DNA of 64,000 nt from Candidatus Binatia bacterium (GTDB lineage: Bacteria; Desulfobacterota; Binatia; HRBIN30): NCBI GenBank assembly GCA_038245295.1, contig JBBRSP010000013.1:64001-128000 (forward strand). Reading direction: 5' to 3'. A program made the position numbers and the translations under genes. Below, one piece after another: positions 59,918 through 64,000 of the stretch. Under the pieces are notes generated by a model that saw only the letters and a list, made by a program, of their open reading frames with translations, was not told the origin of the DNA and made no database searches. The stretch's first letter is position 1. Every line of letters begins with the position of its first letter.

Positions 59918-61126
59918 TCAGGCACCCCCCGAACTGACACGCCGCGCGGTCAGCAGCATGGGGCCGAAAACGATTAGAAATAGCCCGAACGCACCAACCC
60001 AGCATACCGCCGACACGCCAAGGAGAAGTAACATGTCGTCCGTATGCCAAGACGCACAGACCCGCGTAATCGCGGCGACGTTGATGAGGATGAAAAGCGC
60101 TACCGTTGCTCTGCTTGCCGTCAATACGCGCCCGGTATGGCCAAGCGTAACGCGGGGCATCACCGCAAGGATCATGGTGGCGATGGCTCCTGCCGTGAGT
60201 GCATGAATCGCCGAGGCAACTGGAACTCCTGCATGAAGAACCGAAAGGGCGAGAAGCATGACGCCGATCACGAGCCATGCGTAGCCAACATGCAGAATGA
60301 ACAGTAACGGCTCAGCCCATGTCGTATCGCCTGCCCAGCGGGCAAGACGCCACGCGTTGCATAAAGCGGCGGCGACGAGGATCATGCCTGTCACTTTAAG
60401 ATCGGGCAGCGCGGCCCACAGGATAAGTCCCACGCAAAGCAAACCCACCGCCGCAGTATCAATAGCGCTATGGACCGCCGGAAGACGCGCAGCCTGCCGC
60501 TTCGACAGCCAGTTGCGCGTGAAGCTGGGGATGATGCGCCCGCCAACGACCGAAATCAGCAGGATCGGTGCCACAATGCCGAGGCGCCAGCCAAGGCCGT
60601 TCGGTACAGCAACTTCCAACGATTCAAGATGCATGAGCAGATCGGCCACAATGAAAAGCATAAGAGGCGTGGTCATCGGCAGGTTGCGCCAGTTACGTCC
60701 GACAATGATTTCGCGGGCGGCGACCGCCAGCAGCATCACCGGAAAAGACAAATCGGCGGCGATCACCAGCCAAGCAGGAAGATCGGCCGAAATCATGCAG
60801 ACAATGCGGCCGAGCAGCCACAGACTTGCAAGCATGGCCAGCGGGCCGTCCCGCACCGGAAGGCGACCGGTCCAGTTTGGAATGGCCGTCAGCAAAAACC
60901 CACCAACCGCCGCCATCACGAAACCAAACAGCATTTCGTGAATATGCCATGCCAGCGCATCAAAGCGGGTTGGCAGACGGATGTAACCGAGGAACATGAG
61001 AAGCCAAAGAGTAATGGAGACGATGGCCCAACTCGCCGCTGCAAGAAACAGCGGTCGGAATCCGTAAGTGAGCAACGCCGGTTGTCGTAAATGGCGCTGA
61101 CGCTCTTCTTCGGTGATGGCGATCAT
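59918..61126 (-). CDS. nnrS: NnrS family NO-response membrane protein
   Basis: GFRPLF, WHIHEMLFG, GFLLTAIPNWTG, GGRIIPSFT, LHVGY, HAL, RVTLGHTGR. Confidence 0.93.
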   Translation of the reverse strand: MIAITEEERQRHLRQPALLTYGFRPLFLAAASWAIVSITLWLLMFLGYIRLPTRFDALAWHIHEMLFGFVMAAVGGFLLTAIPNWTGRLPVRDGPLAMLASLWLLGRIVCMISADLPAWLVIAADLSFPVMLLAVAAREIIVGRNWRNLPMTTPLMLFIVADLLMHLESLEVAVPNGLGWRLGIVAPILLISVVGGRIIPSFTRNWLSKRQAARLPAVHSAIDTAAVGLLCVGLILWAALPDLKVTGMILVAAALCNAWRLARWAGDTTWAEPLLFILHVGYAWLVIGVMLLALSVLHAGVPVASAIHALTAGAIATMILAVMPRVTLGHTGRVLTASRATVALFILINVAAITRVCASWHTDDMLLLLGVSAVCWVGAFGLFLIVFGPMLLTARRVSSGGA

Positions 61127-61422
61127 GACTTCCTCCGCATCGTGGCGGCTGTCTTGACAGACAGCGTTGCGTCATTGCGGTCAATGGCACGCTCAGCCAC
61201 AACACGCAGAGCATCGGATGCTCAAAGCCGCTTTGAATATTCAGACGATACATTGGATATACGGCAATAATCGCGCGCTGCAAGGTCGAAGTCGCCGATA
61301 CTTCCAGTGCGCCGCAACGGGGAGCGGAGGCGATCCGCGCAGTGTCCGGCGCGAAGCTGGAGAACCGCCCCTACACTCCGCGCCGTGAAGAGAAGCGGCA
61401 TCGGAGAATCGTCGTCGCCGGA

Positions 61423-62100
61423 TCACTCGCTGGCGCCGTCGGCGATGCAATTGAGCCGGGCGACATCGAGGAGCTCGATGTGATTGCGCGCCGCGCTGAT
61501 CAGCCCGTCGGTTTGCCAGCGGCTGGTGATGCGGATGGCCGATTCGACGGTCGTTCCAACCATGTCCGCCAACTCCTGGCGCGTCACGCTCAGCTGCGTC
61601 CGACCGCCCTTCTCCACGCCTATCTTCGGAGCCAGAGCCAGAAGGGTGCGCGCCAAGCGCTGCTCGACGCGCTCCAAGGCAACCGAACGCAAACGTTCGT
61701 GTGCGTTACGTAGGCGCGCCGTGATCTGCTCCATGATGGCGTTGCGCAGCGTCGGGTAGCGACGACAAAGGTCCTGCACGACCGTGGCGGCAACGCGCAG
61801 TACGCTGCCGTTATCCACCGCCACGGCGGTTGCGGGGTAAGGGCGCCCCTCGATGGCGACGACAGCGCCGAACAGCTCGCCGGCCGCCACCACTTCCAGC
61901 ACGATCTCGCGCCCGGCGGGCCCCGACTTGATGATGTGTACCTTGCCCTGACGCACGACCCATAAGGAATCCGCCTTCTCTCCTTCGCCGAACAGTACCT
62001 GACCACGATGCACCGCGACGATGCGCGCCGCTGCGTCTAGGACAGCTCGTTCGGGCTCCGGGAGAACGCGAAATCCGGGCAGGGCGGAAATTACCGTCAT
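61423..62100 (-). CDS. Crp/Fnr family transcriptional regulator (Dnr/HcpR/NnrR-like, no FNR Cys cluster)
   Basis: cNMP-type barrel (GELFG, YPATA), VEQRLA, HTH TRQELADMVGTTVESAIR. Confidence 0.92.
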   Translation of the reverse strand: MTVISALPGFRVLPEPERAVLDAAARIVAVHRGQVLFGEGEKADSLWVVRQGKVHIIKSGPAGREIVLEVVAAGELFGAVVAIEGRPYPATAVAVDNGSVLRVAATVVQDLCRRYPTLRNAIMEQITARLRNAHERLRSVALERVEQRLARTLLALAPKIGVEKGGRTQLSVTRQELADMVGTTVESAIRITSRWQTDGLISAARNHIELLDVARLNCIADGASE

Positions 62101-62101
62101 G

Positions 62102-62144
62102 TATGACGCGCGTCATAATCCGTATGGCCGACAAACGGTAGAGT
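62102..62144 (+). promoter_or_regulatory. Crp/Fnr-type operator with class II promoter
   Basis: Perfect palindrome TATGACGCGCGTCATA (62102-62117, TGA-N6-TCA); TAGAGT -10 at 62139-62144 puts the box centre at about -41.5. Confidence 0.75.
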
Positions 62145-62167
62145 CTCAGCACCCAAAGGAGGGATGT

Positions 62168-62632
62168 ATGAGCATTCTCGAGTTACTCGACCAGCAGCAC
62201 CGCGAGGTGGTGGCGCGCATGGACGATATCCGTGGTTCCGCCAGCGATGGCGACCTCGAACAATTTCTCGCCTTTCTGCACGACGAGGTCGAAAGTCACT
62301 TTCGCCTCGAGGAAGAGGGTCTGTTCCCTGAACTGCAGCAGATCCCTTGGATTGCCAACGGCCCATTGCGCGTCATGGAAGTCGAACACTCTACCTTCCG
62401 CTCCATGTTGTCCGGCGCCGATGGGGCGGCGGCACAAGCGGATCTAGCCAACCTGCGCGGCCGTCTCCTCGACATCATCGGCTTGCTGCAAAGCCACATC
62501 CAGAAAGAGGATGGAATGCTCTTTCCGATGGCGTTTGAGGCCCTCGGCCCCGAGCAGTGGGAACGGATCGAACGCCTGCCCGTGATGAGGACGCACGCCG
62601 TGCCCGACGGGTCGCTTCCCGCCGGGCGGTAA
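62168..62632 (+). CDS. Hemerythrin (HHE) domain protein
   Basis: QH, HFRLEEEGLFP, GP..VM..EH, HIQKEDGMLFP; AAGGAGG RBS. Confidence 0.9.
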   Translation: MSILELLDQQHREVVARMDDIRGSASDGDLEQFLAFLHDEVESHFRLEEEGLFPELQQIPWIANGPLRVMEVEHSTFRSMLSGADGAAAQADLANLRGRLLDIIGLLQSHIQKEDGMLFPMAFEALGPEQWERIERLPVMRTHAVPDGSLPAGR

Positions 62633-62665
62633 AACGGCCCCAGCGTCCAGGCGCGCGAGGAAGCG

Positions 62666-64000
62666 ATGACCGAGATTGCAGTCCCACAGATATACGTCGA
62701 AGTACCGGAAGACGGCTATCACCAGGCGCTGATCGCCTGCCAGGTGGCCTGTCCGGTACACACCGACGCCCGTGGGTACGTGCGAGCCATCGCCGCCGGG
62801 CGCTTCGACGAAGCCTATCTGATCGCCCGCGGAGCAAATCCCTTCGCCTCCATCTGCGGCCGCATCTGTGGCGCACCGTGTGAGGCCGCATGTCGACGCG
62901 GGCTCGTTCCGCGCGTCGACGCCGACGGTCACTTCATCGGCCCCGACAAGCCGGTGGCGATCCGGGCGCTCAAGCGATTCGCTTGCGAGAAGCACGGACC
63001 TGAGGTTGTCCCAGCCGACGAGATCCTCGCCGCCCTGCGTCTCCACAGACCGGTTACGGGAGCGGGTCCGGAGGAGATGGCAGCCCTTTTGCGGCGTACT
63101 ATGGCCGGCCAGTTCGAGCCGGCGGCGGGGCAAACGATTGCCATCGTGGGCGGCGGCCCGGCCGGTCTGTCGGCAGCCCATGACCTGGCACTGCTCGGCT
63201 TTCGCCCGACGGTATTCGAGACGGAACGGGTGGCCGCCGGGATGCTCGCCGTCGGTGTTCCGAGCTACCGCCTGCCGCGCGAGGTGATCCGTCGCGAAGT
63301 CGCCGTCATCGAGGCCCTCGGCGTGGAAATCCGCCTCGGCGTGCGGGTCGGAGTCGACGTCAGCTTTGCCGATCTGCGCCGTGACCACGCTGCCGTGCTC
63401 ATCGCCGTCGGCGCCAAGCAGGCGCGTTTGCTCGGCATCCCCGGTGAACGCGGGCCGCGTGTGTATGGTGGCGTCGACTTCCTACGTGCCGTTGCCGTCG
63501 GTGAATCTCTCGATCTCGGCGAGCGTGTTGTTGTCATCGGCGGCGGCAACGTCGCCTACGACGTAGCCCGCAGCGTCGTGCGTCAAGCCGCCTACGACGC
63601 GGCGCGAACCGCGGCGCGGCTGCCGGGGAAACACGAGGTCGTTCTGGTGTCGCTCGAAACCCTCGAAGAGATGCCCGCCGACACAGTCGAAATCCGTGAA
63701 GGCGACGAAGAGGGCATTGCGCGGCGCAACGGTTGGGGGCCCGTCGAGATCCAACGCAACGCCGCCGGTAACGTCACCGGGGTTCTGCTGCGCCGTTGCC
63801 TGCGTGTGTACGACGAGCAGCGCCGCTTCCAGCCGGTGTATGACGAAGAAGCGCGCGAGCTCGTGGCGTGCGACACGGTGTTGATCGCCGCCGGGCAGGC
63901 GCCGGACCTCGGCTTTCTGAATGACGGCGGCACCGACGTGGAGCAGTTCCGCCCAGGCTGGCCACGTGTCGATGCCAACAGTCTGGCGACCACCGCGACG
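62666..64000 (+). CDS. GltD/NfnB-like Fe-S flavoprotein oxidoreductase (3' partial; absent from the ORF track)
   Basis: Manual translation from ATG 62666: CQVACPVH, NPFASICGRICGAPCEAAC, IRALKRF, GGGPAG, GVPSYRLP, GGGNVAYD; frame runs off the window. Confidence 0.9.
   Translation, partial: MTEIAVPQIYVEVPEDGYHQALIACQVACPVHTDARGYVRAIAAGRFDEAYLIARGANPFASICGRICGAPCEAACRRGLVPRVDADGHFIGPDKPVAIRALKRFACEKHGPEVVPADEILAALRLHRPVTGAGPEEMAALLRRTMAGQFEPAAGQTIAIVGGGPAGLSAAHDLALLGFRPTVFETERVAAGMLAVGVPSYRLPREVIRREVAVIEALGVEIRLGVRVGVDVSFADLRRDHAAVLIAVGAKQARLLGIPGERGPRVYGGVDFLRAVAVGESLDLGERVVVIGGGNVAYDVARSVVRQAAYDAARTAARLPGKHEVVLVSLETLEEMPADTVEIREGDEEGIARRNGWGPVEIQRNAAGNVTGVLLRRCLRVYDEQRRFQPVYDEEARELVACDTVLIAAGQAPDLGFLNDGGTDVEQFRPGWPRVDANSLATTAT

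Noticed and set aside
59410..59940. 176-aa ORF as an intact gene
   Set aside because: Chimera of DUF488 and frameshifted UDG fragments
61150..61185. FNR-type box upstream of nnrS
   Set aside because: Only half-sites (TTGAC/ATGAC) without correct palindromic spacing
1..64000. tRNA, rRNA or riboswitch
   Set aside because: None recognised by eye in the intergenic regions; a covariance-model scan would be needed to exclude them

Overview
GC-rich bacterial chromosomal window. Tandem dockerin/EF-hand-like 'GDCxGDGxVTVxEL' motifs, several Pro/Thr-linker surface proteins and the gene content suggest Candidatus Binatia (Binatota) or a related deltaproteobacteria-like lineage; this is an inference. 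The left ~39 kb is mostly housekeeping and metabolic genes (radA, gmhA, yebC-ruvCAB, pyk, rpiB, acyl-CoA dehydrogenase, OYE/FadH flavoprotein, CoA-disulfide reductase-rhodanese, amidase) plus a two-component/sigma-54 cluster with visible -24/-12 promoters. A Tat-lipoprotein carotenoid-oxygenase-family gene is bracketed by two ~188-bp MITE-like elements that each carry an internal REP doublet. A 2805-aa repeat adhesin occupies 40-48 kb and is followed by a gene-poor patch of small palindromic elements. The most interesting region is 53.5-64 kb, a nitrogen-oxide island. It holds a translationally coupled operon encoding a NarI-like cytochrome b with an extra CxxC/CxxC tail, a cytoplasmic NasA/NapA-type Mo enzyme, a four-cluster Fe-S subunit, a Tat-type Rieske protein, a small membrane subunit and an HPP (nitrite transporter-family) protein. 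Around it lie two hemerythrins, nnrS, two decayed gene fragments, a Crp/Fnr regulator with a perfect TGA-N6-TCA palindrome in class II position, and a divergent GltD-like Fe-S flavoprotein. No rRNA, tRNA, CRISPR array or intact transposase was seen.
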